DNA of 64,000 nucleotides from Bacteroidaceae bacterium. GTDB lineage: Bacteria > Bacteroidota > Bacteroidia > Bacteroidales > Bacteroidaceae. This document shows, piece by piece, positions 55,308 through 63,973 of the stretch. Numbering within the stretch: the first letter of the stretch is position 1; each line of letters starts with the position of its first letter. The stretch covers positions 4,669 to 68,668 of the forward strand of contig JAFXXQ010000019.1 of NCBI GenBank assembly GCA_017542145.1, read 5' to 3'. The position numbers and the translations under genes were made by a program. The notes beneath the pieces were generated by a model, which was not told the origin of the DNA, did no database searches, and saw only the letters and a program-made list of their open reading frames with translations.

Positions 55308-56635
55308 AAACATTCAGAATAGGTGGAGTACATCCCCAAGAGAACAAGCTCTCTGCGGGAAAGAAGATAGAGGTCATGGATCTGCCGAAGCAGGCCGTGT
55401 TCCCCCTGTCGCAACATATTGGTGCCCCTGCCGTGCCATGCGTGGCAAGAGGGGCCGTTGTCAAGGTTGGCACGAAGATTGCCGATGCAGGCGGCTTCGT
55501 GTCGGCACCCATCCACTCGTCCGTCTCAGGCAAGGTGGCCAAGATTGACACCATCGTCGATGCCAGCGGCTACCGCAAGCCTGCCATCATCATCGATGTC
55601 GAGGGCGACGAGTGGGAGCCGACCATCGACCGCAGCGAAGCGCTCGTGCGCGACACCACGCTGGAGCCGAAGGAGATTGTGGCCCGCGTACAGGAGGCCG
55701 GCATCGTCGGCATGGGAGGCGCCTGCTTCCCCGCTCACGTCAAGCTCTGTCCCCGCACGCCTGTCGATGTCGTCATCATCAACGCCGTCGAGTGCGAGCC
55801 TTACCTTACGGCCGACCATAGCCTGATGATGGAGAAGCCCGACGAAATCCTCGTCGGCGTCAGCCTCATCATGAAGGCCGTGGGCGTCAAGAAAGCCTAC
55901 ATCGCCATTGAGAACAACAAGCCCGATGCCATCGCCCTGATGCAGGAGAAAGCCAAGGGTTTCGTCGGCATAGAGGTTTGCCCGCTCCGTGTGAAATATC
56001 CGCAGGGCGGCGAGAAGCAGCTCATCGATGCTGTCGTTGGCCGTCAGGTGCCTAATCCCCCTGCCCTTCCCGCCGACGTAGGCGCCATTGTGCAGAACGT
56101 CGGAACCGCCTTCGCCATCTACGAGGCCGTAATGAAGAACAAACCGCTCTTCGAGCGCGTGGTTACCGTCACGGGCAAGAGCGTCACAGAACCGAAAAAC
56201 CTGCTTACACGCATGGGTACCCCCATGAGCCTGCTCATCGAGCGTGCCGGCGGCATGCCCGAGGATACGGGCAAGGTCATCGGCGGCGGCCCCATGATGG
56301 GCAAGGCGCTACTCAACACCGACGTTCCCGTCTGCAAGGGTAGCTCAGGCATCCTGCTGATGACCGAGAAGGAGTCTCTCCGCGGCGAGGCCCAGCCCTG
56401 CATCCGCTGCTCGAAGTGCGTCACCGCCTGCCCGATGGGACTGGAGCCCTACCTGTTGCAGAAACTCGCCGAGCACACCGACTGGGAGCGTGCCGAAGCC
56501 GAACAGATCATGACGTGCATCGAGTGTGGCAGCTGTCAGTTCACCTGCCCTGCCCACCGTCCGCTGCTCGACTGGATCCGCATGGGCAAAGGCACCGTCG
56601 GCGGCATCATCCGCGCCCGTGCAGCCAAATCGTAA
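55304..56635 (+). CDS. rnfC: Rnf complex subunit C
   Basis: GMGGACFP nucleotide-binding region; CIRCSKCVTACP and CIECGSCQFTCP. Confidence 0.9.
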   Translation: MKTFRIGGVHPQENKLSAGKKIEVMDLPKQAVFPLSQHIGAPAVPCVARGAVVKVGTKIADAGGFVSAPIHSSVSGKVAKIDTIVDASGYRKPAIIIDVEGDEWEPTIDRSEALVRDTTLEPKEIVARVQEAGIVGMGGACFPAHVKLCPRTPVDVVIINAVECEPYLTADHSLMMEKPDEILVGVSLIMKAVGVKKAYIAIENNKPDAIALMQEKAKGFVGIEVCPLRVKYPQGGEKQLIDAVVGRQVPNPPALPADVGAIVQNVGTAFAIYEAVMKNKPLFERVVTVTGKSVTEPKNLLTRMGTPMSLLIERAGGMPEDTGKVIGGGPMMGKALLNTDVPVCKGSSGILLMTEKESLRGEAQPCIRCSKCVTACPMGLEPYLLQKLAEHTDWERAEAEQIMTCIECGSCQFTCPAHRPLLDWIRMGKGTVGGIIRARAAKS

Positions 56636-56665
56636 ACATTACATCTTCAAATAGTAAATTGCCTT

Positions 56666-57634
56666 ATGTCAAATAAACTGAAAGTATCCCTGTCGCCCCA
56701 TGTCCACAGCGGCGACAGCATCCGGCGGAACATGGACTGGGTGATTATCGCCCTGCTGCCCGCCATGCTCTGGTCGTTCTACGTGTTCGGCCTGGGGGCT
56801 GTGATTGTGACGCTCACGTCCGTAGCCTCGTGCATGCTGTTTGAGTGGGCCATCAACAAGTATATCCTTAAGAACCCGAAGACGACGCTCGGCGACGGCT
56901 CGGCCATCGTCACCGGTCTGCTGCTGGCGTTCAACCTGCCGAGCAACCTGCCTCTATACATTATTATAATGGGTGCGCTGTTTGCCATCGGCGTCGGCAA
57001 GATGTCGTTCGGCGGGCTGGGCAACAACATTTTCAACCCCGCCCTGCTGGGACGTGTCTTCCTGCTCATCTCTTTCCCCGTGAAGATGACGACGTGGCCT
57101 GAGCCCCACCAGTACACCGCCTATGCCGATGCCACAACGGGAGCCACGCCGCTGGCTGACCTTCAGAGCGCTGGCATCGGCGACCTGTTCATCGGCAACA
57201 TCGGCGGCTCGCTGGGCGAGGTCAGCGCCCTGTTGCTTCTCGTCGGCTTCGCCATCTTGCTGCTCCGGAAAATCATCAGCTGGCACATCCCCGTCAGCAT
57301 CCTCTGCAGCGCCTTCGTCTTCAGCGTACTTTTCTACGCCATCCGCGGCGGAATGTCTATGGGCGACATCTGCGTGCTCAGCCTTAAGCATCTGCTGGCT
57401 GGCGGCATGATGCTGGGTGCCATCTTCATGGCGACGGACTACGTCACCTCGCCCATGACCCACAAGGGCATGCTCATCTACGGTGCCTGCATCGGCTTCC
57501 TCGTCATCTGCATCCGTCTGTTCGGCCCCTACCCCGAAGGCATGTCGTTCGCCATCCTCATCATGAACGGCTTCACGCCCCTCATCAACAATGCTTGTAA
57601 ACCCAAACGTTTTGCAAAGGAGGTAAAGAAATGA
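56666..57634 (+). CDS. rnfD: Rnf complex subunit D
   Basis: NqrB/RnfD-type polytopic protein with TGATPL FMN-attachment context. Confidence 0.9.
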   Translation: MSNKLKVSLSPHVHSGDSIRRNMDWVIIALLPAMLWSFYVFGLGAVIVTLTSVASCMLFEWAINKYILKNPKTTLGDGSAIVTGLLLAFNLPSNLPLYIIIMGALFAIGVGKMSFGGLGNNIFNPALLGRVFLLISFPVKMTTWPEPHQYTAYADATTGATPLADLQSAGIGDLFIGNIGGSLGEVSALLLLVGFAILLLRKIISWHIPVSILCSAFVFSVLFYAIRGGMSMGDICVLSLKHLLAGGMMLGAIFMATDYVTSPMTHKGMLIYGACIGFLVICIRLFGPYPEGMSFAILIMNGFTPLINNACKPKRFAKEVKK

Positions 57635-58305
57635 AACGGCTCACATCATCCCTCAAGAATATGGTGCTCTCGCTCACCCTCATCGCGTTGGTGGCAGCTG
57701 CGTTGCTGGCTCTCATCAACAGCGTCACACAGGAGCCCATCAAGAACATCAAGGAGAAGAATCAGTCTGACGGTATCAAGGCCGTCCTCCGCATTGATGC
57801 CGCCGAAGAAGTATCCGTGAAGGAAACGGACGTGGACGGCTACACGCTCTTTGCTGTCACCCGTGCCGACGGCTCCTATGCCGGCACAGCTGTCCGCTCT
57901 ACCGACAAGGCGGGCTTTGGCGGCGACATCGTCGTGCTCGTAGGCTTTGCCAACGACGGCAAGATTCTGGGCTATCAAGTCATGGAACATGCCGAGACTC
58001 CGGGCCTCGGTGCCCGTGCAGGCGAGTGGTTCCGCACCGCCTCTGCCTCATCGGAGAAGAAGGTAGGTGGCTTTTCGAAGGCATTCTTTGGCAATCCCGA
58101 CCCTGCCGGCAACCACAATATCGTCGGCATGAACCCTGCCGCCAGCAAGCTCAGCGTCAGCAAGGATGGGGGCGACGTGGATGCCATCACCGCCTCCACC
58201 ATCACCTCGCGTGCCTTCCTTCGTGCCGTCCAGAATGCCTACAACATCTTCAGCGGCCAGCAGGCCGATGCCGCCACATCAGCGACTTCACAGCATCATG
58301 ATTAA
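57631..58305 (+). CDS. rnfG: Rnf complex subunit G
   Basis: N-terminal anchor; FMN-binding domain with DAITASTITSRA. Confidence 0.85.
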   Translation: MKRLTSSLKNMVLSLTLIALVAAALLALINSVTQEPIKNIKEKNQSDGIKAVLRIDAAEEVSVKETDVDGYTLFAVTRADGSYAGTAVRSTDKAGFGGDIVVLVGFANDGKILGYQVMEHAETPGLGARAGEWFRTASASSEKKVGGFSKAFFGNPDPAGNHNIVGMNPAASKLSVSKDGGDVDAITASTITSRAFLRAVQNAYNIFSGQQADAATSATSQHHD

Positions 58306-58324
58306 CGAATAGGAGGTACACACT

Positions 58325-58906
58325 ATGAATAATTTGAAAGTATTTCTCAACGGTCTCATCAAGGAGAACCCCACGTTTGTCCTCCTGTTGGGCATGTGTC
58401 CCACGCTGGGCACCACCTCGTCGGCCATCAACGGCATGTCGATGGGTCTGGCCACCACGTTTGTGCTGGTCTGCTCGAACGTCGTCATCTCGCTGCTGCG
58501 CAACCTCATCCCCGACAAGGTTCATATCCCCGCCTACATTGTTGTCATCGCCTCGTTCGTCACGGCGCTGCAGATGCTTATGCAGGCTTTTCTGCCTGAC
58601 CTCTACGCCACCTTGGGCCTCTTCATTCCCCTCATCGTGGTGAACTGCATCATCCTCGGCCGTGCCGAAGCCTTTGCCGCTAAGCATGGTCCCGGTACTT
58701 CGTTCTTCGATGGTCTGGGCATGGGCCTCGGCTTCACCATGGCGCTCACCGTGCTGGGTGCGCTGCGCGAGCTGCTGGGCACGGGCTCCATCTTCGGCCT
58801 CACCGTGCTCCCCGCCTCTACCAACATGCTGGTGTTTGTCCTTGCCCCGGGTGCCTTCATCACCCTCGGTTTCCTCATCGCCCTGTTCAACCTTGTTAAG
58901 AAATAA
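58325..58906 (+). CDS. rnfE: Rnf complex subunit E
   Basis: NqrD/RnfE family (LLGMCPTLGTTS, PLIVVNCIILGRAEAFA). Confidence 0.9.
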   Translation: MNNLKVFLNGLIKENPTFVLLLGMCPTLGTTSSAINGMSMGLATTFVLVCSNVVISLLRNLIPDKVHIPAYIVVIASFVTALQMLMQAFLPDLYATLGLFIPLIVVNCIILGRAEAFAAKHGPGTSFFDGLGMGLGFTMALTVLGALRELLGTGSIFGLTVLPASTNMLVFVLAPGAFITLGFLIALFNLVKK

Positions 58907-58911
58907 ACGCC

Positions 58912-59529
58912 ATGGCTTACATACTGATATTCATTTCCGCTATACTGGTCAATAACATCGTATTGTCCCAGTTCCTGGGCATCTGTCCTTTCCTCGGCGT
59001 ATCGAAGAAGATTGAGACCGCCAAGGGCATGGGCCTTGCCGTCACGTTCGTGCTCGTCATCGCCACCATCGTCACCTACCTCCTGCAGGTGTGGCTGCTC
59101 AATCCCCTTGGCCTGGGCTATCTGCAGACCATTGTCTTCATCCTCGTCATAGCCGCGCTGGTGCAGATGGTCGAGATTGTGCTGAAGAAGCTCAGCCCTG
59201 CGCTCTATCAGGCGCTGGGTGTCTTCCTCCCGCTCATCACCACCAACTGCTGCATCCTCGGCGTCAGCATCCTCGTGGCCAACGGCACCTATAATGCCCA
59301 GGGCCTCGAGCCCAATCTGCTGACGGGCACCCTCTACGCCCTCTTCACCGCCCTCGGCTTCGCTCTTGCCCTTATCGTTTTTGCCGGCATCCGCGAGCAG
59401 CTCAGCCTCGTCCGCATCCCCAAGGGCATGCAGGGCATGGCCATCGCACTCATCGTGGCCGGACTCCTCGCCATGGCCTTCATGGGCTTCAGCGGCATGG
59501 ACAAAGGCATCGCAGACTTCTTTAGCTAA
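58912..59529 (+). CDS. rnfA: Rnf complex subunit A
   Basis: NqrE/RnfA family (NNIVLSQFLGICPFLGVS, PLITTNCCILG). Confidence 0.9.
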   Translation: MAYILIFISAILVNNIVLSQFLGICPFLGVSKKIETAKGMGLAVTFVLVIATIVTYLLQVWLLNPLGLGYLQTIVFILVIAALVQMVEIVLKKLSPALYQALGVFLPLITTNCCILGVSILVANGTYNAQGLEPNLLTGTLYALFTALGFALALIVFAGIREQLSLVRIPKGMQGMAIALIVAGLLAMAFMGFSGMDKGIADFFS

Positions 59530-59549
59530 GTAATAAAAGCTTTATTTAG

Positions 59550-59686
59550 TTAAGAATTAAGAGTTAAGAGTTAAGAAAAAAAGTTCTACTAATGATTACC
59601 TGCATACAATAGTATTGTCTGAACTCCTGAACTTCTGAACTCCTGAACTCCCCAATAATTCAATCGTAAATCGTCAAACAGTAAAT
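59550..59686. repeat. word-like tandem tracts between rnfA and galE
   Basis: ttaagaattaagagttaagagttaagaa (59550-59577); palindrome acaatagtattgt (59606-59618); ctgaactcctgaacttctgaactcctgaactcc (59619-59651); aatcgtaaatcgt (59662-). Confidence 0.7.
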
Positions 59687-59689
59687 ATC

Positions 59690-60706
59690 ATGAAGATTCT
59701 TGTCACCGGCGGAGCCGGATTCATTGGCTCCCACACCCTGATTGAACTGCACAAGGCTGGCCACGACGTCGTTGTCATCGACAACCTGTGCAACAGCAAC
59801 CCCAAGTCGCTCGAACGCGTCAGCGCCATCTGCGGCGCCGTCATCCCCTTTGTCCAGGTCGATATCCGCGACCGCAAGGGCCTCGAGGAAGTGTTCAGCC
59901 AGTTCTCCTTCGACGCCTGCATCCACTTCGCCGGACTGAAGGCTGTCGGCGAGAGCGTCGCCAAACCCCTTGAATACTACGAGAACAACATCGCCGGAAC
60001 CCTCGTGCTGCTCGACGTCATGCGCGAGCACGGCTGCAAGAACATCATCTTCTCCTCCTCTGCCACCGTCTATGGCAACCCCGCCCAGATTCCCATCACC
60101 GAGGAGTGCCCGAAGGGCCATTGCACCAACCCCTACGGCCAGACGAAGAGTATGCTCGAGCAGATTATGATGGACATGCAGGCTGCCGACCCCGAGTGGA
60201 ACGTCGTGCTGCTGCGCTACTTCAATCCCATCGGCGCTCATCCCTCGGGCCGCATCGGCGAGAACCCCAACGGCATCCCCAACAACCTCATGCCCTACAT
60301 CACTCAGGTGGCCGTCGGCAAACGTCCCGAGCTGGGCGTCTTCGGCAACGACTACGACACCCCCGACGGCACGGGCGTACGCGACTACATCCACGTCGTT
60401 GACCTTGCCCGCGGCCACGTCTGCGCCCTGAAAGCCATCGAGCGCAAGTGCGGCCTCGCCATCTACAACCTCGGCACGGGCCACGGCTACAGCGTCCTCG
60501 ACATCGTCCACGCCTTCGAGCGCGTCAACGGCGTCCCCGTCCCCTACGCCATCAAGCCCCGTCGTCCGGGCGACATCGCCACCTGCTACAGCGACCCTGC
60601 CAAGGCCGAGCGCGAACTGGGCTGGAAAGCCGAGTACGGCATCGACGAAATGTGCCGCGACAGCTGGAACTGGCAGAAGAACAACCCCAACGGCTACGAG
60701 CAGTGA
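59690..60706 (+). CDS. galE: UDP-glucose 4-epimerase
   Basis: GGAGFIGSH and YGQTK (YxxxK); full length. Confidence 0.95.
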   Translation: MKILVTGGAGFIGSHTLIELHKAGHDVVVIDNLCNSNPKSLERVSAICGAVIPFVQVDIRDRKGLEEVFSQFSFDACIHFAGLKAVGESVAKPLEYYENNIAGTLVLLDVMREHGCKNIIFSSSATVYGNPAQIPITEECPKGHCTNPYGQTKSMLEQIMMDMQAADPEWNVVLLRYFNPIGAHPSGRIGENPNGIPNNLMPYITQVAVGKRPELGVFGNDYDTPDGTGVRDYIHVVDLARGHVCALKAIERKCGLAIYNLGTGHGYSVLDIVHAFERVNGVPVPYAIKPRRPGDIATCYSDPAKAERELGWKAEYGIDEMCRDSWNWQKNNPNGYEQ

Positions 60707-60770
60707 GAGCAAAGGAAGAGCTAGTTCTTCCTTTGCCGAGTCGCGAAAGCCGAAGACCGAAGGTCAACGG
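60702..60770 (+). repeat. copy Z of the TGCCGAGTCG...GAAGA repeat family, abutting the galE stop codon
   Basis: agtgagagcaaa-GGAAGAgctagtTCTTCC-tttGCCGAGTCGCgaaagccGAAGAccgaaggtcaacgg. Confidence 0.7.
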
Positions 60771-60817
60771 CTACGAGCCGTAAGAGCAAAGCAAAGCCAA
60801 GCCTTGCTTGAGACATC

Positions 60818-60860
60818 AACTCGCCGAAGTATTACGTAACGTACTTCGGCGAGTTCTTTT
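60818..60860 (+). terminator. strong intrinsic terminator of galE
   Basis: 14-bp perfect stem AACTCGCCGAAGTA / TACTTCGGCGAGTT followed by CTTTT. Confidence 0.75.
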
Positions 60861-60992
60861 ATGTCGTCCGACACGGCTGAGCGGGAACCCCACAAAAAGA
60901 ATAATCGCAGGCATCAGCGACGATTTCGCGGACGCAGTTCATGAAAATGCAATTTGCCTATTCCTTTTTGCAGAAGTAAGACCTCGTTTTTT

Positions 60993-61076
60993 AACAGCGC
61001 CGCCGTTAATATAAACAGCGGCCCCGTTAATATAAACAGCGGCCCCGTTAATATTGACAGCGCCGCCGTTAAAAAA
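60993..61076. repeat. four exact-period 21-bp tandem units AACAGCGSCCSCGTTAAtat
   Basis: Units at 60993, 61014, 61035 and 61056. Outer units share CAGCGCCGCCGTT; inner units share CAGCGGCCCCGTT. Confidence 0.8.
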
Positions 61077-61087
61077 TAGAGTAGGCA

Positions 61088-61252
61088 AATGAATGAAGAA
61101 TGAAGGGATTTTTAGATGAAACAAGAAGAATGAAAAATGAAGAATAAATAGCTTTGCCGACGGGAATGCCTGCGGCAGGTGAATAGCAGATAACAGAACA
61201 TCATATTTTTCATTCTTCATCCTTCATTCTTCATTCTTCATTTTTCATTTTC
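61088..61252. repeat. inverted-repeat element with AATGAAG/AATGAAA arms (P2)
   Basis: Left arm aatgaatgaagaatgaaggg...gaatgaaaaatgaagaataaatag. Right arm atttttcattcttcatccttcattcttcattcttcatttttcatt. Core is related to P1 in the inverted orientation. Confidence 0.75.
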
Positions 61253-61269
61253 GTTGCGACGAAGTCGCC

Positions 61270-63681
61270 TCATTCGCTTTTGACGACGTCGGCGGGGTTT
61301 TCGCGGGCGGTACGCCAGACGCGGGCGCCCACGCAGAGGGCGATGAGGAGGGCGGTGCCGACGAAGATGGCGGCGAACACCCACCACGAGAAGGGCGTGC
61401 GGCGGAGGTACTGCACCAGCCAGCTGCGCATGATGAGCACACCTACAGCGAAGGCAACGGCCGAGCTGATGACGAGAATCATGCCGTAGTCCTTGACGAA
61501 GAGGGCAAGGATGTCGCGGAGCTTCGCCCCGTGAATCTTGCGCAGGGCAATCTCCTTGCGGCGCTGGCGGCAGGCAAGGGTGATGATGCTATAGACGCCG
61601 AAGACGGCTATCAGGATGCAGACAAGGGTGACGGCGGTAAGCAGGCGCGAGAGGTTCTCTTCGCTCCGTATCTTGAAGCTAAAGTTGTCCTCGCCGAACT
61701 CAAGACTCCAAGGCAGGTCGGGGTAGGGCTCCATCATCTCGCCGATGCGGCTAACGACGTCGGACTTCTGTTTGGTGTCATAGGTAAAAGCGACGTAGTC
61801 GGTGAGTGACTCTACCAGTTCTTTTTCGTGTGGGTACATCGGGCGGAAAGACCAGAAGATTTTAGGGTCACCCCAAATACTATGAAAGAGGATGTCGCGT
61901 ATGACGGCGATGATGGTGCCGGTGAACGTGTCGTCGTATGACTTATACTCGACGGTCTGGCCGACGGCGCTCGTCAGTCCCAGTTTATTGCGGATGCTCT
62001 CGGAGATGATAAACTGGTCGGGCAGCCAGTCGGCTTCGCGGGGCAGCGTGCCCTCAAGGACGGTGAAGCCGTTGACGGGGCTTCCCGGGTCAAACAGGCC
62101 GCGCCAGAGTGTAGCGTAAGTCCACTCGTCCTCGGGATGGAGGCGCAGGCTGAGCGATTCAATTTCGTAGGAGTTGACGGCAAAATGCCTGCCATGCTCC
62201 ATCACCTCCTGCACGCCCGGGATGGCGCGCAGCTGGGGGATAAGGCCCTTGTCCTCCATCTGTGCACGGCTGGTGTTGACGAATTTGCCGTTCTCGTAGT
62301 AGCTGGGCAGATCGATGCGGAAGAAGGCCACGTTGCGGAAGTTCACGCCCCAGTCGGAGGCGCGCAGGTAGTGGAACTGCTTCATCATCATGACGGCGCA
62401 GAAGACAAACGTGAGGCCGATGGTGAGCTGCACGCCCGTGCTGATGGCCATGAAGCGGTGGTTCGAGCGCGGGTTGGTACGGATGGAGCGACCCGCGGCG
62501 CGGTTCTTCACGATGACGACGGCCACCACGCAGATGGCGAGGCAGGCCGCCATCGCCAGCGCCATGAACGCCATCGACCAGGTGAGGATGTAGCCGCCCG
62601 TGCGGATGTCGGCATAGGTGGCAAAGACGTCGCGCAGCAGCCAGACGCCCACCAGACCGAAGGCGGCGGAAGCCAGCAGCACCAGCAGCGCCTCCATGCT
62701 GAAAAGCGCGACCAGCCCGCGGCCCGTCTCGCCGTGCACAAGGCGCAGGGCCATTTCGCGGCGGCGCATACGCAGGCGGTTGACGAAGAGCGTGATGAAG
62801 TTCACCAGCGCGCACACCACCAGCATGATACTGATGAAAAGGAACGCGCGCAGGTGGTCGTACGAGAGCGAGCCCTCGGAGTTGTAGCCGCGCCGATGCG
62901 AATCCTTCAAAGGAAGGGGCACCAACTTCATCCTGTTGAGGAGGTTGTCCTCCGTCTCGCTCAGCGTTTTTATCTTCTCGCAGAAGGATTCATAGACGTC
63001 CTGGCCGGGATGGAGCTTGGTGACATAGGGCACTAACGTACCCTCGTAATACCGAGCGTCCTGCACGTCGATGATGTCTGCAGAGATGTCCGAGTGAGGG
63101 TCAAGGTCCTCGTAAATGGCAAGGATTTCGCGCCCTGAGCCGGCGCCGCCGCCATAGTTTATCATCAGGATACATTGGGTGGGGTCTTCCGTGCCGTAAA
63201 GGCGGCGGGCCAGCGACTCGGAGATGGCGACGCCCTCGTGCCAGCGCTCATAGAAATGCTGGTCACCCTGCACGATGTTCAGCCCGAACATGGAGAAGAA
63301 GCACGAGTCGGTCACCAGTACGCGAGCCTCCATTTCGTTGTGGAGAATCATCTTGTCGCCCACGGACGAGAAGGGCAGCGTGCACCACTGGGTACTGATG
63401 CACGTTGCCCCCTCCACCTCGGGCATCGCGGCATACTTCATCAGGAGTTCGCCGGGCGTGCCCATGACAGAGCCTTTTTCGCCCATCGCCATCATGTAGA
63501 GGCGGTCGGAATCGGGCAGGTCGGTGTTGAAGGTGTTCTCGTAGCGCAGCCACAGGGCTGAGAGCGAGAGGCCGATGAAGCCTACGCCAAGGCCGATGAT
63601 GGAGACGATGGTCTGCGACTTGTAACGCTCAAGGCTGCGCACGGCAACCGTGATGTAATGAGCTAATAAATCTTTTTTCAT
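61270..63681 (-). CDS. FtsX/MacB-like ABC transporter permease
   Basis: 803 aa: N-terminal TM helix, large periplasmic domains, two four-helix FtsX modules. TAccTTTG box on the minus strand at 63723-63716. Confidence 0.8.
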   Translation of the reverse strand: MKKDLLAHYITVAVRSLERYKSQTIVSIIGLGVGFIGLSLSALWLRYENTFNTDLPDSDRLYMMAMGEKGSVMGTPGELLMKYAAMPEVEGATCISTQWCTLPFSSVGDKMILHNEMEARVLVTDSCFFSMFGLNIVQGDQHFYERWHEGVAISESLARRLYGTEDPTQCILMINYGGGAGSGREILAIYEDLDPHSDISADIIDVQDARYYEGTLVPYVTKLHPGQDVYESFCEKIKTLSETEDNLLNRMKLVPLPLKDSHRRGYNSEGSLSYDHLRAFLFISIMLVVCALVNFITLFVNRLRMRRREMALRLVHGETGRGLVALFSMEALLVLLASAAFGLVGVWLLRDVFATYADIRTGGYILTWSMAFMALAMAACLAICVVAVVIVKNRAAGRSIRTNPRSNHRFMAISTGVQLTIGLTFVFCAVMMMKQFHYLRASDWGVNFRNVAFFRIDLPSYYENGKFVNTSRAQMEDKGLIPQLRAIPGVQEVMEHGRHFAVNSYEIESLSLRLHPEDEWTYATLWRGLFDPGSPVNGFTVLEGTLPREADWLPDQFIISESIRNKLGLTSAVGQTVEYKSYDDTFTGTIIAVIRDILFHSIWGDPKIFWSFRPMYPHEKELVESLTDYVAFTYDTKQKSDVVSRIGEMMEPYPDLPWSLEFGEDNFSFKIRSEENLSRLLTAVTLVCILIAVFGVYSIITLACRQRRKEIALRKIHGAKLRDILALFVKDYGMILVISSAVAFAVGVLIMRSWLVQYLRRTPFSWWVFAAIFVGTALLIALCVGARVWRTARENPADVVKSE

Positions 63682-63915
63682 TGTCTTTTTTCGATTGATT
63701 TCGTTTTTAGCTCTGCAAAGGTATAAGTAAAAATTTTTGACTTGTGCAAGAAAAGTGCACTTTTTGTATTTTTCCGCAAAAAGTGTTCAGAAATTGAACA
63801 CTTTTTTAAAGTCAAATGGTCAATGTCAAGTATTTTTTGAACTTTGGCACGGCGAAAAAGTGAAGGACGCAGTCCAACACTATTTATACGCCCTCTCCGG
63901 AAAAAGGGGAAAAAT

Positions 63916-63973
63916 AGTGATTAGTGAATAGATAAATATCCAAATCCGAAGTATTATCTATTCACTAATCACT
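63916..63973. repeat. 19-bp perfect inverted repeat with a 20-nt loop
   Basis: agtgattagtgaatagata (63916-63934) / tatctattcactaatcact (63955-63973); the arms are built from GTGATTA/GTGAATA words. Confidence 0.7.

Noticed and set aside
53908-59529. rseC-rnfBCDGEA as a candidate novel system
   Set aside because: It is a standard, complete Rnf operon with the usual Bacteroidales gene order; nothing atypical was seen apart from a Pro/Ala-rich RnfB tail.
59660-60712. 350-aa ORF antisense to galE
   Set aside because: Shadow ORF of galE.
60939-61220. 93-aa minus-strand ORF (NGGAVNINGAAVYINGAAVYINGGAV...)
   Set aside because: It is a translation of the 21-bp tandem array and the AATGAA-arm element; it has no start context or coding character.
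62137-63036. 299-aa and 218-aa ORFs overlapping the FtsX-like permease gene
   Set aside because: Arg/Gly/His-rich low-complexity translations of alternative frames of a GC-rich membrane protein gene.
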